From the NCBI RefSeq assembly GCF_963921235.1, contig NC_086108.1, positions 39,682,001 to 39,746,000 of the forward strand: DNA of 64,000 nucleotides. Reading direction: 5' to 3'. Position 1 is the stretch's first letter, and the number at the start of each line of letters is the position of its first letter. Both the position numbers and the translations under genes were made by a program. The notes beneath the pieces are model-generated. The model had not been told where the DNA came from, made no database searches, and worked only from the letters and a program-made list of their open reading frames with translations. This DNA is from Mobula hypostoma (taxonomy: Eukaryota). Shown here piece by piece: positions 1-12,809 of the stretch.

Positions 1-1188
1 AGTGCATTAACAAGGAAATTTTAATGTTTTATTCAGTATTTGGATTGGTAATGAAAGGCACATTTATTTAGACATCTGGGAATACCAATAAATTCTGTGT
101 TTATCATGAAGTGATTTAATCCTAATGATAGCATGAAGATGCACAGTTGTCTCAACACTTAAATGTGAATAACGTGAACACTTTCAAGTTGAGACAAATG
201 GTGATATACTGTACATTCAAGCAATAACTTGTTAGTTTTTAATCTTACGAAACTGCAGAAACAAACTATGTCCTATTTTATCTTGTTTATTTAATCAACT
301 GCTTTAATAATTTAACTTAAGTGAAAAGACAGCCTCTATGTATTTACCCATTCACTCATTACTTGACAAGCAGGCAACCCAGCTGACAATTAAGAGGCAA
401 CTCAAAACACATCCAAATGAAATGGATATATACCTGTACACCTGAAGATAAAAATGTGGAAAGCAATTTATGTGGCAACTCTACATAAATGGTATGAACA
501 AGTACTTTTTTTTTGTAAACATTACCTATTCTTCCTTCAAGCTATTATGATCAGAGACATCTTTTTAAAAACAGAATAAAACAAGCTTCATTCGACATTG
601 ATGGAAAGAAATGAGTCAGTACTCTCCTAGAAAGATTTCTTAGCTTTGTATGCCTAGAGTGATGGTGAGGTCAAAAAGCTCACTCATTGCAGAGTTTTTG
701 CTCTATCTTGTTTTTGCTAAGCTATCATGTTTTCTAGTAGAAATGAAAACCCCAGGAACTGCATTATATTGCAAACTTCAAGTGTTACCTATCAAGGAAG
801 ACCCTGAAGTATTTCTTTGATCTGGCCTTAAATCAGTCGTTTCAGAGAAATAAAAGGCTTCCAAGTGTCGAGAATATTTTCTAGTACAGCAGAAAAGATG
901 GAAACTGCAGTGTGTTTTGCTAGATTTATTCACTTTCTGTTTACATATACAACTCTATCCCCACAAAATAGCTAAAACAATTTGAGGTCACTAAATTGCT
1001 TTAAAGGAGAGGATTGTAATCCTCTAAAGTGTAATAAAATGACCAAATATGTCAGTAAGCATTTAACTATTCATTCAAGAAACAGCACACATGCAAACAA
1101 TTCTGCAATAATCCAGGCAGATTCTTAAATTAAAAGCAGAAATTGTCAAAAATATTTCACTATTGCTTTGAAATACTTCAAGCTTTCA

Positions 1189-1500
1189 GGGCATCCCAGT
1201 AGTGTAGCATAATACTATTACAATGCCAGCAATCACTGATCAGGGTTCAATTCCCGCCACTGTCAGTAAGGAGTTTGTATGTTCTGCCTGTGAGAGCATG
1301 CGTTTCCTCTAGGATACTTCAGTTTCCTCCCACGTTCCAAAGATATCCTGTTAGGGTTAGTGAGTTGTGGGTATGCTAGTACCAGAACCATTTCAACACT
1401 TGCAGGCTCAATCCTCATCGATTTGATTTGACTTGACAAAAATGATGCCTTTTACTGTGTATGTTTCAATGTACTTGTGACAAATAAAGTTAATCTTTAC
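1189..1500 (+). mobile_element. tRNA-derived SINE (V-SINE/HE1-like), degraded
   Basis: B-box-like GGTTCAATTCC, then V-SINE-like core (ggagtttgtatgttct...agtttcctcccacgttccaaaga) and an AATAAA tail. Confidence 0.65.
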
Positions 1501-3124
1501 TTGCCTTGACTTAACTTACTCTGATTTTCCTTAAACTGAAAAACATATAGGGGAAAGGTTATCACAATTTAAATGCTGGCGCAGTTAGACTGGAAGCCCA
1601 AATGTCGGGTACGGAGGGAAGGATCAGGCAGATCTTGCTCGCTGTCCCATGAATGTTTATTCCTTTCTCTGCGGCGCCGAGGCTGCTATGCATTTTTGCC
1701 CCACTGGTGTGATGAACTGGGGACTGAGGCTCTGGGCTGACTCCAGCTGCTCCATGAGTGGATCTGGGGCTCAGTGCAGTTTGAAACGCTGTTGGCCTGC
1801 TTCCATTGTTTGCACGATGTGTGTGTGATTTTTTCTCGCTCTCTTTCTCTGTGCAGTAGTTTTTGTGTTTTTTTTAATTGAGTTGTTGGGCTTCTTGCTT
1901 TGTGGCTGCCTGTAAGCAGATAAATTTCAAGGTGTATAATTTATACATTCTTTGATAATAAATGTGCTTTGAATTGAATTGAAAGTTACATTTTCAGTGT
2001 CTGTTAGACAGGCATATGAAATTAAAGATATTCAACCTTTCAATTTAACTCAGCTTTTTATTGATAAGTTTCAGATATTATTGACCTGACCTGACTTTGG
2101 GAGCCAGTAGCTTGAATGTGCTAATCTACAAACAGACTGCTCATAAACATCTTTCATTTATTGTGGTATCAATCTTGGTTGCTGCCAAACGTCAGTGCCA
2201 AGGTATCTTCATCTTTCAGCAACAGTGAAGTTTTCAAGCAGGCTGATTATTCAATCACATTGAATAATTTGCACATCTGGCAAAGCATATGGAATAAACT
2301 GCAATTCTTAATAAATGTTTTAAGCTTTTTACAGAACAGGAAATAAAGATTTAGCTGTTATGAGTTGGAGGTATGAACTGAAATATCATATCTTAAGATT
2401 TTTTTTCGTTATTTACAGAGATAAATTTTGCTTTCATTGGTGAACTAGCCATGTTTGCTACTGATGCATAAGAAACATCAGTGCTTATCTTGTGCTGTAT
2501 AATTAACACTAGTTTCTGCTGGCAAGGCCACTCAATCCTTAGTGTTTAGGCTTATCTCTTCCACTCCTTTAAATCCCTTCATGTCGGACAGGGTGTGATG
2601 GGGTGTAGAATAAGGCTGGTTAAATCAAGAGCTGATAGAGCTTTGACAAATGGCTAAGTAATTTCCCAGCTTCAATCTGCCATCAGAGCTCTAAAAACAC
2701 AGCAAATGTTTTGAACATTTCAAATATTTAAAAATTTGAAAGCTTTATAATTATCTCCTATTTTTCAAAAATATTCAGCATCCAAAGAAAAGCAAAAAAT
2801 TTAAATAACTCTAAAGATTTTCCTCCATCACTGTCTTAAGTGGGTGACTACTTACTTTCAAACAGTGACTTTGAATTCTTGATTCTCCTTCAAGAATAAA
2901 CATCCTCTCCACATCCATCCTGTTAAGACCCCTTAGGGTAATTTATATTTCAGTTAAGTTCCTCTTGCTCTTCTAAACCCTAGCAGCTAAAAGCCAAACC
3001 TTTCCTCATAAGACAACCTATCTGTTCCAGGAATGAGTCCAATAAACTTCTAATCTGCTTCAAATGCATATATAACTTTCCTTATACACCCAGAACGATA
3101 AGGCTGAGGCTTTATAATGCAATG

Positions 3125-3615
3125 GTCAGACCACATTCGGAGTACTGTGAGCAGTTCTGGGCTCCTTATCTGAGAAAGGAAATGTTGGCATTGGAGAGGG
3201 CACAGAGGAGGTTCGTGAGAATGATCCCAGAAATGAAAGGGTTAATGTATAAAAAGCAGTTGATGGCTCTGGGCCATACCAGCTGGGGTTTAGAAGAATG
3301 AAGATCTTATTGAAACCTATTGAATATTGCAAGGCCTAGATAGAGTGGACATAGAAAGGATGTTGCCAATAGTCGTAGTGCCTCAGACCAGAGGGCACAG
3401 ACTCTGTTCTAAAGATGTGTTGGCTGTGGAGGCCAAGTCATTGTGTGTATTTAAAGAGAAGGTTGATAGGTTCTTCATTAGTAAGGGTGTCAAAGGTTAC
3501 GGGGAGAAGGCAGGAGGATGGGGTTGAGAGGGATAATATATCAGGCATGGTGGAATGGCAAAGCAGACACGACAGGCCATCTAGTTTAATTCCATCCCTA
3601 TTTCTTATGTTTTTA
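3125..3615 (+). mobile_element. CR1 LINE 3' fragment, degraded
   Basis: Encodes VRPHSEYCEQFWAPYLRK and GLDRVDIERMLP-type CR1 ORF2 C-terminal motifs; CR1-like 3' UTR. Confidence 0.8.
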
Positions 3616-3654
3616 TGGATATTGTACACAGTTGGAAATAATTCAGAAGATGTG

Positions 3655-4205
3655 TAGCTCAGATGGTCGATGGTTGAGTTCAGTTGTTCTCCTATATTGG
3701 CAATTTACTTACAAATGTTTCATCACCATGTGAGGAGACATCACCAGTGCACTGTTGAATATGGAGCATACTCTGAATGCTTGGTCTTTATATTCTTTTC
3801 TATCAGCTGATTGGGTGTAATTTCGGAATCTCAGTTGTGATGAAGGGAGGAAATCTTGTCGCCGATTGGCTGTGCATCAAACTTCATGCATTGTGGGCTG
3901 GAATTTTGCCCACATTGGCTCATAAATAGGATTGAGGTCTACATATTTGTTTACAGATTTGTTCATGGAAAACCACACTTCTAGAAATTCTTTTGCATTC
4001 TCTGAATTCTAGCAATTCTAGGAATTGCTCACTGGTGCCATGACTTTCACTGATGCTTAGTTGAATTTGTGCCCTTCTCGATCTTCATGGGTAGAGACTA
4101 GGGAGATTTGGTCATGCCACTTTACAGGCAGTTAATATTCCTAGATCCTTGTGGATAGTGTTCCCCCAGTTTGTAATATTTAATACTTGCTGCAGTCCCC
4201 GCATT
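3655..4205 (-). mobile_element. Old Penelope-like element 3' part (GIY-YIG endonuclease C-terminus plus pLTR)
   Basis: Minus-strand translation with stops: HDQISLVSTHEDREGHKFN...KEFLEVWFSMNKSVNKYVDLNPIY; decayed hammerhead-like ctggtgatg...gatgaaacat near 3715-3750. Confidence 0.7.
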
Positions 4206-4307
4206 GGATTTTGACCAAAGTTCGACACACAACTAATCAGCGACAAGATTTCCTCCCCACATCACAAAAGAGTTTCTGAAATTATGTCCAGTCAGTTGTC
4301 TAATAAA

Positions 4308-6015
4308 ACATAGAAACATAGAAACATAGAAAATAGGTGCAGGAGTAGGCCATTCGGCCCTTCGAGCCTTCACCGCCATTTATTATGATCATGGCTGATC
4401 ATCCAACTCAGAACCCAGCCTTCCCTCCATACCCCGTGACCCCTGTAGCCACAAGGGCCATATCTAACTTCCTTTTAAACATAGCTAATGAACTGGCCTC
4501 AACAGTTTGCTGTGGCAGAGAATTCCACAGATTCACCACTCTCTGTGTGAAGAAGTTTTTCCTAACCTCGGTCCTAAAAGGCTTCCCCTCTATCCTCAAA
4601 CTGTGACCCCTCGTTCTAGACCTCCCCAACATCGGGAACAATCTTCCCGCATCTAGCCTGTCCAATCCCTTTAGGATCTTATACGTTTCAATCAGATCCC
4701 CCCTCAATCTTCTAAATTCCAACGAGTACAAGCCCAGTTCATCCAGTCTTTCTTCATATGAAAGACCTGCCATCCCAGGAATCAATCTGGTGAACCTTCT
4801 TTGTACTCCCTCTATGGCAAGGATGTCTTTCCTCAGATTAGGGGACCAAAACTGCACACAATACTCCAGGTGTGGTCTCACCAAGGCCTTGTACAACTGC
4901 AGTAGTACCTCCCTGCTCCTGTACTCGAATCCTCTCGCTATAAATGCCAGCATACCGTTCGCCTTTTTCACCGCCTGCTGTACCTGCATGCCCACTTTCA
5001 ATGACTGGTGTATAATGACACCCAGGTCTCGTTGCACCTCCCCTTTTCCTAATCGGCCACCATTCAGATAATAATCTGTTTTCCTATTTTTGCCACCAAA
5101 GTGGATAACTTCACATTTATCCACATTAAATTGCATCTGCCATGAGTTTGCCCACTCACCCAACCTATCCAAGTCACCCTGCATCCTCTTAGCATCCTCC
5201 TCACTGCTAACACTGCCACCCAGCTTCGTGTCATCCGCAAACTTGGAGATGCTGCATTTAATTCCCTCATCCAAGTCATTAATATATATTGTAAACAACT
5301 GGGGTCCCAGCACTGAGCCTTGCGGTACCCCACTAGTCACCGCCTGCCATTCTGAAAAGGTCCCCTTTATTCCCACTCTTTGCTTCCTGTCTGCTAACCA
5401 ATTCTCCACCCACACCAATACCTTACCCCCAATACCATGTGCTTTAAGTTTGCACACTAATCTCCTGTGTGGGACCTTGTCAAAAGCCTTTTGAAAATCC
5501 AAATATACCACATCCACTGGTTCTCCCCTATCCACTCTACTAGTTACATCCTCAAAAAATTCTATGAGATTCGTCAGACATGATTTTCCTTTCACAAATC
5601 CATGCTGACTTTGTCCGATCATTTCACCGCTTTCCAAATGTGCTGTTATCACATCCTTGATAACTGACTCCAGCAGTTTCCCCACCACCGACGTTAGGCT
5701 AACCGGCCTATAATTCCCCGGTTTCTCTCTCCCTCCTTTTTTAAAAAGTGGGGTTACATTAGCCACCCTCCAATCCTCAGGAACTAGTCCAGAATCTAAC
5801 GAGTTTTGAAAAATTATCACTAATGCATCCACTATTTCTTGGGCCACTTCCTTAAGCACTCTGGGATGCAGACCATCTGGCCCTGGGGATTTATCTGCCT
5901 TCAATCCCTTCAATTTACCTAACACCACTTCCCTACTAACATGTATTTCGCTCAGTTCCTCCATCTCACTGGACCCTCTGTCCCTTACTATTTCTGGAAG
6001 ATTATTTATGTCCTC
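4308..6015 (-). mobile_element. Young 5'-truncated CR1 LINE
   Basis: (TTTCTATG)n 3' tail at 4308-4332, GGCC-gaat-GGCC 3' motif, uninterrupted RT ORF. Confidence 0.95.
4408..6015 (-). CDS. CR1 ORF2 reverse transcriptase domain and C-terminus, open but 5'-truncated (first ~10 aa of the predicted ORF come from flank)
   Basis: Motifs [53 protein letters not shown]; no stops over about 535 codons. Confidence 0.9.
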   Translation of the reverse strand, partial: EDINNLPEIVRDRGSSEMEELSEIHVSREVVLGKLKGLKADKSPGPDGLHPRVLKEVAQEIVDALVIIFQNSLDSGLVPEDWRVANVTPLFKKGGREKPGNYRPVSLTSVVGKLLESVIKDVITAHLESGEMIGQSQHGFVKGKSCLTNLIEFFEDVTSRVDRGEPVDVVYLDFQKAFDKVPHRRLVCKLKAHGIGGKVLVWVENWLADRKQRVGIKGTFSEWQAVTSGVPQGSVLGPQLFTIYINDLDEGIKCSISKFADDTKLGGSVSSEEDAKRMQGDLDRLGEWANSWQMQFNVDKCEVIHFGGKNRKTDYYLNGGRLGKGEVQRDLGVIIHQSLKVGMQVQQAVKKANGMLAFIARGFEYRSREVLLQLYKALVRPHLEYCVQFWSPNLRKDILAIEGVQRRFTRLIPGMAGLSYEERLDELGLYSLEFRRLRGDLIETYKILKGLDRLDAGRLFPMLGRSRTRGHSLRIEGKPFRTEVRKNFFTQRVVNLWNSLPQQTVEASSLAMFKRKLDMALVATGVTGYGGKAGF

Positions 6016-6309
6016 AAACCTAAGCATTTGGAGGACACAACACATTCAACACTGCACTGACAATCTCTCCTTACATGAAAGCGATTGCAAGGAAATTGCC
6101 AAGATCGGAGAACAACTCAACTCAACCCAATCATTGTACACAGTAACACATGCAAAACCCTGGAGGGACTCAGCAAGTCAGGCAGCATCTATGGAAATGA
6201 ACGTTGACGTTTCGTGCTGATTGAGCTATGTAGCATAATTTTGGAGATAGATCTTCCAACCCGAGACTAGAACTATTGCTGGAACTGACCAGCATCTCAT
6301 AAAGTCATA

Positions 6310-7260
6310 AACGGTCATGGAGCCTTACAGCATAGAAGCGGAGCCTTCAGTCCAACATACCCATGCTGGTGGTGACGCCTATCTATGCTAATCCCATTTG
6401 CCCGCATTAAGCTTCTGATCCTCTACTCCTTCCTATTTAAGTATCCATCCAAATTCATTTTAAGCATTGAAATTGTATCTGCCTCTATCACCACCTCTAG
6501 TAGTTTGTTCCACATAATCACTACTCACTGTGTGGAAATACCTATTCCTCTGATCTCCTTTAAATTTCTCTGCTTTCACCTGAAACTTGTGCCCATTAGT
6601 TTTGGATTCTTCTATTCTGAAAAAAGGACTCTGTCTATCTACTCTATGCATTCAATTCATAGTCGCATTAACGTCTATAAGGTCTTCCCTCGGACTCATA
6701 CGCTCTATTGAGAACAAACCCAGCATGTCCAGTCTCTCATTGTAACTGAAACCTTCTATTCCCAGAAACATCTGGGTGAGACTTTCCGCTCTCTTTCCAA
6801 TGCTACCACATCCTTCCTGTGGTGAGGCAACAAGGAGTGTACACGGTGCACTAACCATGACCTGACCAATGTCACGGTGCACTAACCATGACCTGGCCAA
6901 TGTCACGGTGCACTAACCATGACCTGACCAATGTCACGGTGCACTAACCATGACCTGGCCAATGTCACGGTGCACTAACCATGACCTGACCAATGTCACG
7001 GTGCACTAACCATGACCTGGCCAATGTCACGGTGCACTAACCATGACCTGGCCAATGTTTTGTGCAGCTGAAACATGATGTCCCAGCTCTTATGTTCAAT
7101 ACTTTGGTTATGAAGGCAATCATGCCGAATGTCTTTTTTTTCCCCTATTCATTTGTGTCACCATTTTCATGGACCAATGAACTTGGACCCCAATGTCCTG
7201 GTACATTATTTCTGAAGTCCCTGCCATTTACTCCATGGATCTGTATTTCCCCACAGAATT
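6310..7260 (-). mobile_element. Old CR1 fragment containing a minisatellite
   Basis: Minus-strand remnants GFSYNERLDMLGLFSIER and TNGHKFQV. Confidence 0.7.
6842..7058. repeat. 31-bp minisatellite, 7 copies
   Basis: Unit cacggtgcactaaccatgacctg(a/g)ccaatgt, head to tail; the variant base runs A,G,A,G,A,G,G. Confidence 0.97.
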
Positions 7261-7807
7261 TCCAGTTTCTAATACTGCTATGGCCGTAAGCACCGACAGC
7301 ATTTTCTGCCTTGCCATTGCCAGCAGTAACTGCTCCTTCTTTGCGCTGGTGGACTCCAATGGTGTGACACAACTTCTTGTGTTCCAATGAATGCCAGCAG
7401 TTTCCTAGTTTTCAGGGCAGGAAGGCTACCCACTGAACTTGTGCTGGGTTAAACCTGGGAGCCAAGCACAGCAGTCGCCTTTTAAATGAATGGAAGATAT
7501 TGGCTGAAGGGGAAGTACTGTAAACCTCATTCCATTATTTAAGTATTACAGTCTTTTAACTGCATTTGAATGTTTTATCTGTAAACTGAGTTTCATGCGC
7601 TTTAATTTTTTAAAAATGGAACTATTGTTAACACTGCTTGTAGAATTGGAGCAAGAGCAGATAGGAATCAAACAGTGATCAACCTCCAAGAAGTAGCAAT
7701 CCTTTTAAATGTGTGTTGAGGAGGTGGAGGGGGTAGAGAATATCTTTCCAGCTGTTCATATTAAGTTCATTTGAGGTTCAGGAAGGACATATTTCCCACC
7801 CATTTGA

Positions 7808-8100
7808 GGGTAACGTAGTGGCTCAGTTAGTAGAGCAGCTGGCTTACAGCTCCAGTGATCTGGGTTCAATCCTGACTTAGGTACTACCAAAATGGAGTTT
7901 GTTTGCTCTTCCCGTGAGCAATTGGTTTTCCTCCAGGTGCTCCAACTTCTTCCACGTCCCAGGAACTGTGGCTCTATATGTTTATGTATGAATAAGCAGA
8001 TGAATCTGGGAAGTAATAATGGGAATGTTGGGATAATAAATGAGATTAGTGTAGGATTAGTGGAAATAGGAGGTTGATGGTTGGTACAGACTTGAATAAA
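7808..8100 (+). mobile_element. tRNA-derived V-SINE
   Basis: A-box tggctcagttagt, B-box ggttcaatcc, then core ggagtttgtttgctcttcccgtg...ttttcctccaggtgctcc. Confidence 0.7.
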
Positions 8101-8644
8101 AGATACTGCTTCCCCTATAACAGCAGCATTAAGTTTCAATTTGTCAATATTAGCATTCAATAAGTATTGCATACTGGCATCACAATCTGCCTGTGCTGTC
8201 TACTTCCAACGGGCGTTCATGACCCACAAAAATTTCCTTCCCAAAATGGCAGCCAGCATGAATCACTTTTGCAGGAAAATAACAAGATTTTTGAAAAAGA
8301 TGAAAGCTACTCTTCTTAAAATATCAGGTTGCATGACTGCAGAAGTAATATAGCTTTAGTTATCAAAAAAGCTTGTGCAAAATTATATGGTTTCTTTACC
8401 AAACATGTTCAGTAAAAGTGATCATAAATGAAAAGATAAGCTAAAGCAAACAAAATTAGAAGTTGCTGCAAAATATAACATGAATATTATTTTTGAGAGT
8501 TCATTATTATTCATAGTTTTGGAATGAAGAGATAATTAGTAAATGATGTGCATTTACCATGGTGGTATTTGAATGATTCAAAACTTTGAAAGGGGGACGC
8601 ATGATTCACTCTTAAACTATGCATTAGAATAGATCTGAAATACT

Positions 8645-9135
8645 TGTACAGACCAACTGCAGAAGTATTGAGGCCATGATCACCCAGCGTCAGCTGCAGT
8701 GGCTGGGGCACGTGATAAGGATGCACCCATGTCGGCTACCCCGTAGAGTGTTATACGGCCAGCTACATCATGTTCGACGCTCAGCTGGAAGGCCGAAGAA
8801 GCTCTGTAAGGATCAGATGTAGAATGCTTTAAAGAAGTGCAAGATCAGACCCGAGGACCTGGAGGATGTTGATGCTGACTGTACCACTTGGCGACAGCTG
8901 TGTAGGAATGGGGTTCGTATTCTGGAGGTGGAAAGAACAACCGGAAGACAGCAGAAGAGAGCCAAGAGAAATGCAGCCATGGTTGCCACCATTACCACCA
9001 CCACTACTACATATACATGTCCCACCTGCAATAGAGCTTGTGGGTCCAGGATAGGACTGTATAGTCATCAAAGATCTCACCGTTAAAGGAGTGGACGTCG
9101 TCATCAGATTTCGATGGATAACCGAAGAAGAAGAG
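8645..9135 (+). mobile_element. RTE-clade LINE 3' fragment
   Basis: QLQWLGHVIRM..RLPRRVLYGQL, C-terminal C2H2 finger YTCPTCNRACGSRIGLYSHQRSH, (GAA)n tail. Confidence 0.85.
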
Positions 9136-9939
9136 ATCATCTTGATCTTGTCCGCATACACAGAAGCATAACCTTCAGTTTGCACAGGTTCATAGCTAGG
9201 CATGCTGAATTCATAGGAGCTCCCTCGCTAGTCCTCTGCATGATGGTCTGAGCAGTGAATGGGGCTTAGGTGGCATTGCACAGTGATCCTTCGACAGGCT
9301 TTTGGACAGAGGCAAAGTTAGGGGCATATGGCTTTGTCATTTGCAAAATTTCTCATTGGATTAAAATTTCATGCCTTACTATACCATGAGCATGGTATTG
9401 TTGAAGTGTAGCTTTTAAATCACATAATTGCATGATTTATTTGGGGAAACAAATGGTTTCAACTCCCAGGGAATGCAACAAACCAATATTAATAGGCAGA
9501 TGCAACCTAAATTCATTCAGTTTAAAAAAAAAACAAGCATTAACTTATATTGCACAGATACATATGATGACCTAAAAGTTGTTTTCTATACTAATATGAC
9601 CATCCCTGACTTTTTAAACTGAGGTTACAGATTTGGTAACATGGACAAACATCTATCCAAGAACACTGTCCCGTTTTCACAATATAAAAGCAAACCTCAA
9701 GCAAGAGAGTGGACACTAATGCAATAGTTTCCCCTGTTGCCAAACACCCACCTCTGCAGCCACCATGGTATCCCAGCTTTCCATTATTTCACACCTTTGG
9801 ACCTTTAAGGCAAGTTACAATATATAACCATATAACAATTACAGCATGGAAACAGGCCATCTTGGCCCTTCTAGTTCGTGCCGAACTCTTACTCTCACCT
9901 AGTCCCACCGACCTGCACTCAGCCCATAACCCTCTATTC

Positions 9940-12800
9940 CTTTCCTGTCCATATAGCTATCCAATTTTTGTACTTTAAATGACAATATCAAGCCTGCCTC
10001 TACCACTTCTACTGGAAGCTCGTTCCACACAGCTACGACTCTCTGAGTAAAGAAGTTCCCCCTCATGTTACCCCTAAACTTTTTCCCCCAACTCTCAACT
10101 CATGTCCTCTTGTTTGAATCTCCCCTACTCTCAGTGGAAAAAGCCTATCCACGTCAACTCTGTCTATCCCCCTCATAATTTTAAATACCTCTATCAAGTC
10201 CCCCTCAACCTTCTATGCTCCAAGGAATAAAGACCCAACTTGTTCAACCTTTTTCTGTAACTTAGGTGCTGAAACCCAGGTAACATTCTAGTAAATCTTC
10301 TCCATACTCTTTTATTTTGTTGACATCTTTCCTATAATTCAGTGACCAGAACTGTACACAGTACTCCAAATTTGGCCTTACCAATGCCTTGTACAATTTT
10401 AATATTACATTCCAACTCCTTTACTCAATGCTCTGATTTATAAAGGTCAGCATACCAAAAGCTTTCTTCACCACCCTATCCACATGAGATTCCACCTTCA
10501 GGGAACTATGCACCATTATTCCTAGATCCCTCTGTTCTACTGCATTCTTCAATGCCCTACCATTTACCATGTAAGTCCTATTTTGATTTGTCCTACCAAA
10601 ATGTAGCACCTCACACTCATCAGCATTAAACTCCATTTGCCATCTTTCAGCCCACTCTTCTAACTGGCCTAAATCTCTCTGCAAGGTTTGAAAGCCTACT
10701 TCATTATCCACAATTTAGTATCATCTGCATACTTACTAATCCAATTTACCAACCCATCATCCAGATCATTAATGTGTATGACAAACAACATTGGACCCAG
10801 TACAGATCCCTGAGGCACACCACTAGTCACCGACCTCCAACCTGGCAAACAGTTATCCACCACTACTCTCCGGCGTCTCCCATCCAGCCACTGTTGAATC
10901 CATTTTATTACTTCAATATTAATACCTAATGATTGAACCTTCCTAACTAACCTTCCATGTGGAACCTTGTCAAAGGCCTTACTGAAGTCCATATGGACAA
11001 CATCTACCGCTTTACTCTCGTCAACTTTCCTAGTAACTTGTTCAAAAAATTCAATAAGATTTGTCAAATATGACCTTCCATGCACAAATCCATGTTGACT
11101 GTTCCTAATCAGACTCTGTCTATCCAGATAATTATATATACCATCTCTAAGAATACTTCCCATCAATTTACCCACCACTGACGTCAAACTTACAGGCCGA
11201 TAATTGCTAGGTTTACTCTTAGAGCTCTTTTTAAACAATGGAACAACATGAGCAATACGCCAATCCTCCAGCACCATCCCCGTTTCTAATGACATTTCAA
11301 ATATTTCTGTCAGAGCCCCTGCTATTTCTACACTAACTTCCCTCAAGGTCCTAGGGAATATCCTGTCAGGACCCGGAGACTTATCCACTTTTATATTCCT
11401 TAGAAGCGCCAATACTTCCTCTTCTTTAATCATCATAGTTTCCATAACTTCCCTACCTGTTTCCCTTACCTTACACAATTCAATATCCTTCTCCTTAGTG
11501 AATACCGAAGAGAAGAAATTGTTCAAAATCTCCCCCACCTCTTTTGGTTCCACACATAGCTGTCCACTCTGATTCTCTAAGGGACCAATTTTATCCCTCA
11601 CTATCCTTTTGCTATTAATATAACTGCAGAAACCCTTTGGATTTATTTTCACCTTATTTGCTAAAGCAACCTCGTATCTTATTTTAGCTTTTCTAATTTC
11701 TTTCTTTAGATTCTTTTTACATTCTTTGTATTCCTCGAGCACCTCATTTACTCCACGCTGCCTATATTTATTGTAGATATCTCTCCTTTTCCGAATTAAG
11801 TTTCCAATATCCCTTGAAAACCATGGCTCTCTCAAACTTTTAGCCTTTCCTTTCAACCTAACAGGAACATAATGGTCTGTAACCTCAGAATTTCACTTTT
11901 AAAAGACCTCCATTTCTCTATTACATCCTTCCCATAAAACAATTTGTCCCAATTCACTCCTTCTAAATCCTTTCGCATCCCCTCAAAGTTAGCCTTTCTC
12001 CAATCAAAAATCTCAACCTGGGTCCAGACCTATCCTACTCCATAATTATATTGAAACTAATGGCATTGTGATCACTGGACCCAAAGTGCTCCCCAACACA
12101 TACCTCCGTCACCTGACCTATCTCATTCCCTAACAGGAGATCCAACACTGCCCTTTCTCTAGTTGGTACCTCTATGTATTGCTGCAAAAAACTATCCTAC
12201 ACACCTTTTACAAACTCCAAACCATCCACCCTTTTACAGTATGGGCTTCTCAGTCTATGTGTGGAAAATTAAAATCTCCCACAATGACAACCTTGTGCTT
12301 ACTACAAATATCTGCTATGTTCTTACAAATTTGCTCCTCCAATTCTTGCTCCCCATTAGGTGGTCTATAATACACCCCTATAAGTGTTACTACGCCTTTC
12401 CCATTCCTCAGTTCCACCCAAATAGCCTCCCTAGACAAGCCCTCTAATCTATCCTGCCAGAACACCGCTGTAATATTTTCTCTGACAAGCAGTGTGACAC
12501 CTCCCCGTCTTGTCCCTCCAATTCTATCACATCTGAAGCAATTAAATCCAGGAATATTTACTTGCCAATCACACTCCTGTAACAATGTTTCACTAATAGC
12601 TACCACATCATACTTCCAGGTATCAGTCCATGCTCTAAGTTCATCCACCTTTCTTACAATGCTCCTAGCATTAAAATAAATGAATTTAAGAAATTTTCCA
12701 TCTCTTACTCTCTGTTTATCGCTAACGATGCAAACAACTTTACTATCTCCTTTTTCTTCCTTCTCCCCTACATCTGTTCCTACACTCTGGTTTCCCTCCC
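9940..12800 (-). pseudogene. CR1 ORF2 (endonuclease plus RT), frameshifted
   Basis: ORF pieces 12250-12648, 10696-11856 and 10421-10711 are collinear with CR1 ORF2. Confidence 0.9.
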
Positions 12801-12809
12801 TCCTTGTAT

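Larger units (their letters stand above)
4210..6135 (+). repeat. Inverted copy of the PLE pLTR (about 4210-4307 plus 6016-6135), split by a young CR1
   Basis: 4220-4307 is a diverged reverse complement of about 3800-3885, and 6016-6135 of about 3670-3790. Confidence 0.65.

Noticed and set aside
6842..7058. CRISPR-like array of 31-bp repeats
   Set aside because: No spacers, no cas genes, vertebrate context; the unit derives from CR1
7808..7880. tRNA gene
   Set aside because: A and B boxes run into a SINE core; no complete cloverleaf
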